This document shows, piece by piece, positions 55,393 to 64,000 of a stretch of DNA of 64,000 nucleotides. This DNA comes from Nitrospirota bacterium (GTDB lineage: Bacteria; Nitrospirota; Thermodesulfovibrionia; Thermodesulfovibrionales; Dissulfurispiraceae). Every line of letters starts with the position of its first letter. Position 1 is the first letter of the stretch. The notes under the pieces are model-generated. The model saw only the letters and a list, made by a program, of their open reading frames with translations. It did not search any database and was not told the DNA's origin. The position numbers were made by a program, and so were the translations under genes. The stretch is taken from contig CAWBMP010000003.1 of the NCBI GenBank assembly GCA_963790025.1, positions 160,001-224,000 of the forward strand. The letters run 5' to 3'.

Positions 55393-58389
55393 AGCCACCG
55401 TGCTGGTCTGGAAATCGTACATTTCATTAGTCGTGTCGTAAACCATCAGCTGAACAGTGTACTGATTGGAACCGACGGTTGGAGTGAACACATGCTGACC
55501 TGAAGTGCTGGTATTAAGGATGCTTGTGTTGTTGGCACCGCTTGCGGGATCACCGAAATTCCAGTCGTACACACAGTTGCCGCTAGGACAGGTCGCGGAA
55601 GAGGCATCGAAGTTTACTGTACCGGTCTTGTCCTGTGTCTGCTGCCAGGTGAATTGGGCTGCAGGAGTACCACTGTGCATGTTCCTTGCGTCTGCTGCCA
55701 GCTCAGTTTTGGATTTGTAAGGAGCATTATTGGTGACGTAATTGGATCCGAAGCTTCCGCCGTGGCACTGGCCGCAAGCCATATCAAGGTCGACCCAGAC
55801 AGCATTGTTATATAACACTGTGGCATCTTTCTTGAATTCCGGTGCGGTTTGTGCGTCTCTATCCATCAGGGTTCCGGCGGGCAAGGCACTCCATGTGCCG
55901 CTGTTCGCGGTACAATTGGCGGAACTGGTATCAGACTGGTACACAACAGGTAAACTCGGAGCATTCTGGACCGGACCGGCATGTACGCTGCACGTTCCGT
56001 TGTAGAACTGGCCCGTTGTCGGGAAGGTACTGTAAGTTGAACTTGAATTGATTCTCCATACATGGACCGGCATCGAATTCTGATTGCCGTTTGCCAAGGC
56101 CTGTGTAGCCATGTGGCAGACTTCGCACGAACCATTGGGATAGAGAGTGGTATCGAACGGAGTACCGGGAGTCTGAGGATGATTAAACGATGCTACCTGC
56201 GGTGTAGCAGTGTCGGTAGCGCCGGTCGAAGCATTGTTCACGTGGCAATCTGCACACGTTTTTCTGATGGCCGCCCCTGCCTGGCTGTCTACAAAGAGGC
56301 TGTTGTGAACATCATGACAGGTGGTGCATGTACCCTGGTAGCCGGACTGAGTTGTGGCTCCACCTACATCATCTCTCCAAGCGTAGCCTGATATGGCAGT
56401 ACATTGTGCCTGGGTTGTAATCGGCGAGCCGTTGCTCTGGGTCGTTGCCAGACTGCTGCTGGTGCTGCCCTGGAAGCAGGAGTAGCCTTTGAATATACTG
56501 TTATATTCTGCTGCCACGGCTGTGCCTGCAGAATCATAAAGATCATTTTCACCAAGGGGGTTCGGCGTAATGGAGCCGTTGCCGGTCTGTGCGCCGAGGT
56601 ATCTGGCATGAACGCTGTTCAGGAACGAGTTGCCGAGAACATGGCCGTTGAAGTCGCGGCCTGCTGCTGCCCCGTGGCTGACACCTGTCGGGATTATTGT
56701 CGGATCAAACTGTGATGTTCCGCTTGTTGAACCGCCCTCGGCTGGATACAACTTTGCGATACTCTGGTGGCAGCCGAAGCAGAGATTATTCCTGCCTACT
56801 CCATCAGCGAGATTGCCCATTCCACTACTTGTAGGATATGTTGAAGGGAAGGACGATGCGGCAATCTGAGCCGCAGTTACCGAAGGAACAGTTGCATTGT
56901 GACATCTTGAGCAGTTGATGCCTTCGAGGTCCCAAGCATAGCCGGCTTTAACAGCACTGGCATAACCTGCGCCGGCGGCAGTGGGCTGTTGCCCAACGTA
57001 TCCAGGGGTGCCGACTGACTGCACACCTGGTGTTGCGGCAGTGCCGCCACTAAAGCCGGTCGAATGGCAGTTTGCACAACTGTAATTGCTGCCTGCAATA
57101 GCAACGCTCGGAAGCGCAGCCATCCAGTCACCATAGATGTAATACATAGGATTCGAGCCGTCCAAAGCACTTCCGGCGGCCCCAAGAACTCCAAATGTCA
57201 TCGCATTTGTGCCGTCGGTAGTATAAACAACGCCGTTAGCACCTGCCCACGCGAGGCCGGGTGTGACCTTCCTCAGCATGTTTTTATGGCCGGTCTGAAG
57301 ATACGAATCTTTGTATCTGTTGAACGGGCCGTTATACTGCACTAAAGTGCTGTGGCAGTGGAGACAACCATTATCGCCATTTACAGCCTGCTGGGTGAGG
57401 TCAAAAACGACACCCTTGGTAATGGAGGTATCAACAAGCGTAACCTGATATCCCGGACCCATGGGAATCCAGTTGGACCAGGAGCCGCCATTTGCAAGAC
57501 ATGCTCCCTGGGTGGTAAGAGTGCTCAGATCAACAGTTGCGCCTGCTGCTGCGGTTACTCCGCCGATTACGGCAGTACTTCCAGTTACAGCCGTTAAGGC
57601 ACTGTTAAGCGGTCCGGCGACACCATAAGCATAAACGCAGTTGCCTGAGCTAACAGACCAACCAAATGATGTCGTGGCGTTGGTGCTTGTGGATGGGCAG
57701 GTCGATGAAGTGTAACCAGTCGCTCTCATACTTGTATAGCAGAAACCTGTGTTGGACGCTTGAGTGGTACCTTGCGCCCCAAAAGTCAGAGGATTTCCGC
57801 TGCCATCCTGTCCCCTGAACTGCCAGCCATAGGCTATACACATGGCCGAAGTGCCGTTAGCTTTATTGTTGACGCCCGTGGCATTGGCTAATACGCCCCC
57901 CAAGGCATTACACATTTGAGAGTCCCTGTCCAGGTTCTTCAAAGAAATGCCGGTTAGAATGTTCCCGCTTCCATCAATTGTCACGCAGGTGCTGCTGCCC
58001 GGTGCGGCATACTTGAGGCCTGATGTGTTGCTTCCTGTCTTTCCGCATACATTGGCCAAAGTGTCGTTGGAAGTGATCGCAGTCACGGAAACAAGCCTCG
58101 CATCGCAATCTCTCTTGGTGAGAATAGTAGGATCAGTAACCATATTGCCGCTAGCGTCTATGCTGAGAACGCATATGCCGTCACTGGGTGCTATCCAGTT
58201 GCTGAATGTAACACCACCAGTTGTCCCGTTAGCATTAGTAGCGGTAAGATGTATGCCGTCAGCGGCTACCACACCATTCTGAACCGCACCGTCACTTTGG
58301 TACATTGCCCCGGCATTTCCTATCATCATAAATGAAGAAATGACAAGGGCAACGATCGACATGAGAATCATCAAACGTTTTTGCTTCAT
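54889..58389 (-). CDS. large secreted octaheme cytochrome c with Cys-rich N-terminal region, PKD and carboxypeptidase-regulatory-like domains
   Basis: CLHCH, CANCH, CSRCH, CFGCH, CTTCH, CADCH, CEVCH, CGQCH; paralog of 52202-54763 (shared TGHKN.LRKVT, YYIYGDWM, VWVDLD.ACGQCHGG). Confidence 0.87.
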   Translation of the reverse strand: MKQKRLMILMSIVALVISSFMMIGNAGAMYQSDGAVQNGVVAADGIHLTATNANGTTGGVTFSNWIAPSDGICVLSIDASGNMVTDPTILTKRDCDARLVSVTAITSNDTLANVCGKTGSNTSGLKYAAPGSSTCVTIDGSGNILTGISLKNLDRDSQMCNALGGVLANATGVNNKANGTSAMCIAYGWQFRGQDGSGNPLTFGAQGTTQASNTGFCYTSMRATGYTSSTCPSTSTNATTSFGWSVSSGNCVYAYGVAGPLNSALTAVTGSTAVIGGVTAAAGATVDLSTLTTQGACLANGGSWSNWIPMGPGYQVTLVDTSITKGVVFDLTQQAVNGDNGCLHCHSTLVQYNGPFNRYKDSYLQTGHKNMLRKVTPGLAWAGANGVVYTTDGTNAMTFGVLGAAGSALDGSNPMYYIYGDWMAALPSVAIAGSNYSCANCHSTGFSGGTAATPGVQSVGTPGYVGQQPTAAGAGYASAVKAGYAWDLEGINCSRCHNATVPSVTAAQIAASSFPSTYPTSSGMGNLADGVGRNNLCFGCHQSIAKLYPAEGGSTSGTSQFDPTIIPTGVSHGAAAGRDFNGHVLGNSFLNSVHARYLGAQTGNGSITPNPLGENDLYDSAGTAVAAEYNSIFKGYSCFQGSTSSSLATTQSNGSPITTQAQCTAISGYAWRDDVGGATTQSGYQGTCTTCHDVHNSLFVDSQAGAAIRKTCADCHVNNASTGATDTATPQVASFNHPQTPGTPFDTTLYPNGSCEVCHMATQALANGNQNSMPVHVWRINSSSTYSTFPTTGQFYNGTCSVHAGPVQNAPSLPVVYQSDTSSANCTANSGTWSALPAGTLMDRDAQTAPEFKKDATVLYNNAVWVDLDMACGQCHGGSFGSNYVTNNAPYKSKTELAADARNMHSGTPAAQFTWQQTQDKTGTVNFDASSATCPSGNCVYDWNFGDPASGANNTSILNTSTSGQHVFTPTVGSNQYTVQLMVYDTTNEMYDFQTSTVAVNIAPTDNFALSVTGSTVTLTDSSTSGSSVSINWGDGTGLSTGSAGGVFTHTYTTNNTFTIVDTATVSGISATSSQKVTVPAKYAVSGTVTNLAGTPLSAASLTLKLSGVTKGITSTNASGAFTFTNVVPGTYTITVTKSGYTFANPAATVPVTTGAVTGVAISSSN

Positions 58390-58571
58390 TAAAGCCCCCT
58401 TTTAAATAGGTATTTATACGCAAGTCATATGCAACGCATTGCCTTCTATTTGTTCACTACGTCTTCTCTTTTGAACGACACTCTGTCTTCTGCGATCACC
58501 TCCTCGTTATTCCAATGCTGCCATGTGGTAATCCTGCTACGCGGTAAAAAATTTGGGGGTACAATATGATT

Positions 58572-58587
58572 AGCATAAACTGTACCA
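58572..58587 (-). promoter_or_regulatory. sigma54 (-24/-12) promoter for the octaheme genes
   Basis: Minus strand TGGTACAGTTTATGCT, GG-N10-GC spacing. Confidence 0.65.
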
Positions 58588-58973
58588 AGCCATTGAAATG
58601 ACATATCCAACAGGGGAGCTTTGCTATAACTTATTATTATAAAAGGAGGATTTGTAGATAGTCCGACCGGGGTCCTAATAATGGGTGCACCTTTCCGGCA
58701 GCGCGTAATTGGTGAAATAGCGAGGTCGGGTACAGCAATTTCACGGAAAACGAAAAAGGCAAAGGGTGTCAGGCCAAAACCTGAGGACTGAAGGGCGGCA
58801 GAAAGAACGGCCGCGCTTCATTTTTATATAGAAGACGTCCCAGAAAACTTTTAAGGACGTTCCGCGTTTTCACCGGAAGCTCCGGCCATATCACCAGTCT
58901 TTTTGCTGTTGTGATGCACTTCAATTCCGGATTTTTCCTTATTTTAAAACGAGATAGCTATGGTTAATGATTG

Positions 58974-58989
58974 TGGCACACAGCTTGCT
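58974..58989 (+). promoter_or_regulatory. sigma54 (-24/-12) promoter for the omcE-like gene
   Basis: TGGCACACAGCTTGCT, near-consensus. Confidence 0.8.
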
Positions 58990-59155
58990 TCTACAAAGGA
59001 TAAGATTTCGGAGATTACCTGCCGGTAAAAAGTTTTAGGAAGTGCCCTTTCTTTAGATGGGGGTCCGAAGAGGGGCGAGAGAAAATCTGCTTTAAGCAGA
59101 ATGAAATCAGCAGGAACTGTAAGACTAAAAAATACTGATCTAGGAGGAATTAGCA

Positions 59156-60010
59156 ATGAAGAAACAATTGGTTTTAGTGCTGGCACTGATGCTGGCGATG
59201 TTTTTGGTAGGTAATGCATATGGTTATACGCCCGGCGCAGGTATTAAGACAAGCCCGCATGACCTCAGTAAGGCAGGCGGCAGCATAGGCAAGCCCTACG
59301 GCGGGGCAACTGAACAGGCCGGCCTGGACAGAATTTGCGTGTACTGCCATGCCCCTCACCATACGATAAAGCCAAGCGATGCGTCAACTTTAGCTTATAG
59401 TTATGTGCCGCTATGGAACCATGATTTAACCACACAGACATTTACTATGTATACAAACAATTCTGGTAATGTCTCTGGTGATCCTACCCGCCAGGCTCCC
59501 GGCTCCGGCGGTCAGGTGAATAATCTTGCGGCTACTGCGGGGAGCCCCTCAACGCTTTGCCTCAGCTGCCACGATGGAACAGTAGCAACTGACGCATACG
59601 GCAACGGAGGCGGTCCCAGCAGTTCAGGCTACGGCAGCTACAACTGGTCGCCTTCCAAAAGTTCCGGCACCCAGTTCATCCAGAATAACGCATACCAGAT
59701 CGGCGCAGGCGGAGACCTTAGCAATCATCATCCCATCGGATTCGACTATATCAAAGCATACAATAACAGCCAGAGCAGCCAAAACGGAGATTACGCACTT
59801 GCGAACATCAGCACACCCATGGGAACCGGCAGGACAATAGGCCAGCTTCTGTGGAATGCAACATGGAATACTAATAGGACGACTCAGACGGGCGGCACTA
59901 TGGAGTGCACCACATGCCATTCCGTGCACAACAAGGCCAACACCGGCCAGAGACTCCTGTGGGTAGAAGACACAAACAGCGCCTTCTGTATGACCTGTCA
60001 CCTTAAATAA
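59156..60010 (+). CDS. omcE: OmcE-like tetraheme extracellular cytochrome (nanowire-type)
   Basis: Ordered motifs HDLS, ICVYCHAPH, PLWN, TFTMY, LCLSCHDG, DLSNHHPIGF, ECTTCHSVH, FCMTCH match my recollection of the Geobacter OmcE pattern; AGGAGG RBS; signal peptide. Confidence 0.8.
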   Translation: MKKQLVLVLALMLAMFLVGNAYGYTPGAGIKTSPHDLSKAGGSIGKPYGGATEQAGLDRICVYCHAPHHTIKPSDASTLAYSYVPLWNHDLTTQTFTMYTNNSGNVSGDPTRQAPGSGGQVNNLAATAGSPSTLCLSCHDGTVATDAYGNGGGPSSSGYGSYNWSPSKSSGTQFIQNNAYQIGAGGDLSNHHPIGFDYIKAYNNSQSSQNGDYALANISTPMGTGRTIGQLLWNATWNTNRTTQTGGTMECTTCHSVHNKANTGQRLLWVEDTNSAFCMTCHLK

Positions 60011-60029
60011 GTTTCATCTCTATTCGTAC

Positions 60030-60065
60030 AAAAAGGGGGGGATGGTCAGCCATTCCCCCCTTTTT
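60030..60065 (+). terminator. intrinsic terminator after the omcE-like gene
   Basis: AAAAAGGGGGGGATGG-TCAG-CCATTCCCCCCTTTTT. Confidence 0.8.
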
Positions 60066-60266
60066 AATGGAAAAACAAAAGGAAGTATCTGAGTGTCTGA
60101 GCATCAAAGCAGGGTCTTCAAAAGTCTTTTACTTTAATGCTGTGACACTCTGATACTCTGACACTTCCTTCTGGTGGTTAAATGATAAAACTGTCAGTTA
60201 TGTGGTATTCTAAAATTGTTTCTCCCTGCTATGGAAGAGAACGATATTACGTAAAGAGGTGTTGTA

Positions 60267-61454
60267 ATGAAAAAGCTGTTTATTTTCTGCACAGCATTTG
60301 TGTTTGCCGTGGCGGTCGGTTGCGCCATGCCCGAGAAAAAAGAGGAAACCAAGGTTTTCTACCCGGAACCTCCTGAATTGCCACGCATTCAGTTTCTCGC
60401 GTCGTTTACAGGGTCAAAGGACATTGAGCCCGAGAAGTCGGCCCTGGATGTCTTTCTGACCGGCAAGGAATCGGGCAGACTCCTGCAAAAGCCGTATGGA
60501 GTTGCCATTTACAATGGGAAGATGTATGTCTGCGACACAATGCAGGGCGTTATGATCTTCGATTTTCAGAAGAGGATGTTAAGGCCCCTGCAGGGCGACC
60601 GCGGGCCCGGCAAGCTGGTGCAGCCGATCAACATCAGCATAGACAGGGCCGGAAATAAATATGTGGCCGACCCTGCCCGCGGACAGGTGGTTGAATACGA
60701 TAAGGACGATTTCTACGTAAGGGCGATCGGGACGCCCGGCGGGTGGAGGCCGGTGGATGCCGCAGTATACGAGGACAGCGTTTATGTGGCCGATATAAAA
60801 AACGCCGAAATAAAGGTGTTTGACAGAGAGACCGGAGCTCCCGTCCGGCAGTTCGGCCAGACAGGAGAACCGAAAGACCGTCTGTCGCTGCCGGCCAACA
60901 TCGCATTTGACCCTGAAGGAGACCTCTATGTTTCGGACATAGGGAGATTTCAGATCGTAAAGTTCGACCGGGACGGCCATGTCAGGGGGACGTTCGGTGA
61001 GCTCGGCTCCGAAGCGGGGCACTTTGCCCGGCCCAAGGGAATCTCTGTCGACCGGAACGGCAATCTGTATGCGGTAGATTCCGCATTCGACGTGGTGCAG
61101 ATGTTCGATAAAGATGCGCATCTCCTGCTTTTCTTCGGCAAGGCTGGGACAGGTCCGGGCGACCTCCAGCTCCCCGCAAAGGTCACTGTGGATTACGACA
61201 ACGTAAAGTATTTTGCAAACTATGCAGACCCAAAGTTCGATATCCAACATATAATTATCGTGACGAACCAGATGGGCGACCGCATGGTCAATGTGTATGC
61301 TTTCGGCAAAGAGAAGGGGAAGAAATACCCCAGCAATGAGGAATTGGAAGCACAGGTAAAAGAGAAGTTCGACAAGCTCAGGAAAGAGCAAGAGGGAAAA
61401 AACAAAGGCAAGGCGGAGGAAGGAACAGACGAGGGCACAAAAAAGTCCGAATAA
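60267..61454 (+). CDS. NHL-repeat beta-propeller lipoprotein
   Basis: Lipobox AVGC; P.PPELPRIQF N-terminus; repeated P..I..D..G..YV.D blades. Confidence 0.88.
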   Translation: MKKLFIFCTAFVFAVAVGCAMPEKKEETKVFYPEPPELPRIQFLASFTGSKDIEPEKSALDVFLTGKESGRLLQKPYGVAIYNGKMYVCDTMQGVMIFDFQKRMLRPLQGDRGPGKLVQPINISIDRAGNKYVADPARGQVVEYDKDDFYVRAIGTPGGWRPVDAAVYEDSVYVADIKNAEIKVFDRETGAPVRQFGQTGEPKDRLSLPANIAFDPEGDLYVSDIGRFQIVKFDRDGHVRGTFGELGSEAGHFARPKGISVDRNGNLYAVDSAFDVVQMFDKDAHLLLFFGKAGTGPGDLQLPAKVTVDYDNVKYFANYADPKFDIQHIIIVTNQMGDRMVNVYAFGKEKGKKYPSNEELEAQVKEKFDKLRKEQEGKNKGKAEEGTDEGTKKSE

Positions 61455-61471
61455 CGGCAGTTTCAAGAACA

Positions 61472-62068
61472 ATGGCAATATGGACAAAAACGGTGTTGCT
61501 GCTCTTCCTTCTGCTCATTGCGGCGGGATGCTCCCGACAGCAAGTGTTGCCTGACCAGTCAGAAAACGTACCGAGCGCGACGAACGGACTATATCGCGTG
61601 TTGGGCTTTTTTATCGATGGATTGACACCGCCTGAAAAGGATAAAGACGCGGGGGGCAAAGTAAGCGCTGAAGCGCCGGGATCGAAGAAAGAGGCGCTAG
61701 GGTACAGGGAACATGGCCCCTATGCAGCTAACCTCTGCGGAGCTTGCCATGTACAGACCGGAAGCAATCAGCTTATTATGCCCGTTGAGGAGCTTTGCCA
61801 GAATTGCCACGTCTTGAATCTCAAAAAGAAAAAGGTCCACGGCCCGGTCGTGACAGGCGGGTGCAAAGTTTGCCATGATCCGCATGCCTCGCCGTACCGC
61901 TTTTTACTTGTGTCCGAATCGAAGGACTTTTGTTATTATTGCCACTCCCGGACGGATATCGAAAAAAGGGAGGTGCACAGGAAAACCGATGTTGGGTGTA
62001 CTTATTGTCACGAGGCCCACGCATCAGACAATGAATACTTGCTGCGAACAGAAGAGGTCGGGAAATGA
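61472..62068 (+). CDS. pentaheme lipoprotein cytochrome c
   Basis: Lipobox AAGC; CGACH, CQNCH, CKVCH, CYYCH, CTYCH. Confidence 0.88.
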   Translation: MAIWTKTVLLLFLLLIAAGCSRQQVLPDQSENVPSATNGLYRVLGFFIDGLTPPEKDKDAGGKVSAEAPGSKKEALGYREHGPYAANLCGACHVQTGSNQLIMPVEELCQNCHVLNLKKKKVHGPVVTGGCKVCHDPHASPYRFLLVSESKDFCYYCHSRTDIEKREVHRKTDVGCTYCHEAHASDNEYLLRTEEVGK

Positions 62069-64000
62069 AGCGCATACTGTGGCTTTTCTTTCTGACTGCG
62101 GCAGCGGTTGCGTCCCCCTCCGTTGCCATGTGCGACATGCAGCAGTTCATACCGAGGATCATAGATTACAGCGGGGAGTTCGACATCTATATGCTGCGTC
62201 AGGCAAACGACAATAAAACGACAAGTGCAAGGACATCGACAGTCGATACTTCCGCCATCGAACAGTTCAGGCTTTCTTCGGCCGGGTATATATACCACCC
62301 GGCATTAATAACGTTTCTCGCGAGCGGATCTTTTGGCCTGCTCCAGGACCAGTTCAAAAACAACGGTACTGCGGCTCCCTGGAGCAACACCGATGCCAAC
62401 GAGTATAACCTGACGCTTCATGTTCTCCCTGAAAAACAGTATTCCCTCGACCTGCTCACCTCGCGTTCGGAGCCTTTTGCGAGTACAGGAGCATTCACCA
62501 ATATTCGGCCGGTCACTTACGTCAACAGTGCGACTTTTTACTATCGTGGAAGTCCCATAAACTTTTCCACCGGCTACACCGATACCAGGACCGTATCTGA
62601 CACAACGACAGACTCACGCTTGCTCAACTTTCAGGCCCAACATGGCGTGCAGCACAGCTTCACTTCTGTCGGATATAGCCGCAGCGACAGCACATCCAGT
62701 GCGGGGACCGATTATTCCAGGGACTATTATCTCCTGTCTAATCAGCTGCAGTTCGAGCGGCTGCTCCTGCGCAGCGAGCTCAAGTATGATGACTATAATA
62801 ACAAAGACCTTTTTCAAACCACTGACGGCACCGACAACTCATGGACCGAATATCTGCACCTGAAACTTCCCTGGCGTTTCGAATCGGACCTCACTTACAG
62901 CCGGACATACAGCGATTCAAAGTCCGTGCCCATCGCCAACTCCGCTGCTTCGGCGCCGCAGAAGCAGTCCAATACGAACGATTCGCTCAATGAGGTTTTA
63001 TCGCATCGCCTCGGTGAGAGCCTGTTCACATCATACGCGTACAATGACACTACCAACAAATCTTCGGGTGGACAGTCCGACAACAATAGCAATTCGGTGA
63101 GTGTCTTATACACGAAAAAGATCCCCTGGGGAACATTTACAGCAGGGACCGGCTACACCGTTATGAAGACAGACAATATCGGGTCTGTCATTACGCTGAA
63201 CGAGGTACATACGTCAAAGGCCGATGGAATAGATTCCTTCACCCTGCAGCCCGGCTTGATCGACCCTGCTACGATCGTTGTAGATCTCGTCGCACCCGGG
63301 ACCGGGATCATCTATCCGTTGGTCAATAACGTAAATTACCTGATCGACCATATCGGCAATACGTTCAGGATCACGGTCCAGTCGTTCTTTCTCTTCCCTG
63401 TCCCCGGGTTTACCCCCAATCCGGACATCAATTTTGCATACACCTATAATGTGACCTATAGAAGCACGCAGGGGACATTCGGCCTCCAGACAAACACCAT
63501 CGCCTACAACGCCGGTCTTGCGCTCTTCGCGAACCTTCTCAACCCATATTATAGCCATCAGCAGTCTGACCAGACCTTGGTGTCGGGTTTTTTTCCGGGA
63601 GAGTTATCGAGCTTTACAGTGGACACGGAGGGCATCGTGGTCCAGAAAGCGCCTTTCAGGCTTTCGACAGAATACCAGAAGTATGACTCCGCAAGCAACC
63701 CGAGCAGGACCTGGAGGTCGCGGTTCGACTTCTGGGAGAACATGATGCGCTCGCTGTCCCTTTCGGCAGGGGTTTTCTATAACAAGAGCAACTTTTTGCA
63801 GAGCCAGTCCGGTGCCGGACTGACAAGCCCTTATTCCCAAACAGTGCGCGGGGTGAATGTCTCTGTACAGAAAATATTCCCATGGAACCTGAACCTATCG
63901 GGATCAGGCTATTTTGCGCAAACGACCGGACGCACCGAGTCAAACAACTATTCACTGAACGGGGTGCTAACATGGCGGGTGGGCAGGCTGTCTGTTGATT
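62065..64000 (+). CDS. large outer-membrane beta-barrel protein (porin of porin-cytochrome type), partial
   Basis: Manual translation, absent from the ORF track because it has no stop in the window: MKRILWLFFLTAAAVASP signal, GYIYHP, Ser/Thr/Tyr-rich amphipathic strands, ends ...LTWRVGRLSVD; ATGA-coupled to the pentaheme gene. Confidence 0.75.
   Translation, partial: MKRILWLFFLTAAAVASPSVAMCDMQQFIPRIIDYSGEFDIYMLRQANDNKTTSARTSTVDTSAIEQFRLSSAGYIYHPALITFLASGSFGLLQDQFKNNGTAAPWSNTDANEYNLTLHVLPEKQYSLDLLTSRSEPFASTGAFTNIRPVTYVNSATFYYRGSPINFSTGYTDTRTVSDTTTDSRLLNFQAQHGVQHSFTSVGYSRSDSTSSAGTDYSRDYYLLSNQLQFERLLLRSELKYDDYNNKDLFQTTDGTDNSWTEYLHLKLPWRFESDLTYSRTYSDSKSVPIANSAASAPQKQSNTNDSLNEVLSHRLGESLFTSYAYNDTTNKSSGGQSDNNSNSVSVLYTKKIPWGTFTAGTGYTVMKTDNIGSVITLNEVHTSKADGIDSFTLQPGLIDPATIVVDLVAPGTGIIYPLVNNVNYLIDHIGNTFRITVQSFFLFPVPGFTPNPDINFAYTYNVTYRSTQGTFGLQTNTIAYNAGLALFANLLNPYYSHQQSDQTLVSGFFPGELSSFTVDTEGIVVQKAPFRLSTEYQKYDSASNPSRTWRSRFDFWENMMRSLSLSAGVFYNKSNFLQSQSGAGLTSPYSQTVRGVNVSVQKIFPWNLNLSGSGYFAQTTGRTESNNYSLNGVLTWRVGRLSVD

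Noticed and set aside
52202..58389. Calling the octahemes OmcZ or OmcS
   Set aside because: Heme spacing and flanking motifs do not match what I recall of either, and no subtilase gene is adjacent.
58390..59155. GEMM-I (c-di-GMP/cGAMP) riboswitch upstream of the cytochromes, as found in Geobacter
   Set aside because: Only scattered fragments (GCAAAGC, GTAGCAGGATTACC on the minus strand), separated by the predicted promoter, with no P1 GNRA stem visible; an Rfam scan would settle it.
1..64000. tRNA, rRNA, integrase, transposase or prophage genes
   Set aside because: None recognisable by eye.

Overview
Bacterial chromosomal window from an anaerobe. Gene content and order suggest Nitrospirota (Thermodesulfovibrionia-like) or a Desulfobacterota relative; this is inference, since there is no rRNA marker here. 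Left part: housekeeping and envelope genes (partial DsbC-like, scpB, LysM-NlpC/P60, RACo-like ATPase, GT2, rsmE), then a ~15 kb molybdopterin aldehyde oxidoreductase (Mop) cluster of the Desulfovibrio DVU_1551-1560 type. Middle: cinA-like, mntH, usp, bactofilin, M23 peptidase, purM, nadC, valS, a RomR-like regulator, and an iscR-tusA-iscS-iscU operon whose IscS lacks the PLP lysine. Then comes a type II secretion (gsp) cluster. Right part (48.4-64 kb): an extracellular-electron-transfer island with seven multiheme c-type cytochromes (48 CxxCH plus 3 atypical motifs, counted by eye). It includes a clear OmcE-like tetraheme (nanowire-type) cytochrome, an NHL beta-propeller lipoprotein, a pentaheme lipoprotein, a large beta-barrel porin and two PKD-tailed octaheme surface cytochromes, with divergent sigma54 promoters. 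A family of ~34-bp covarying hairpin elements sits in frame inside the leader peptides of two pseudopilins and nested inside a MITE.
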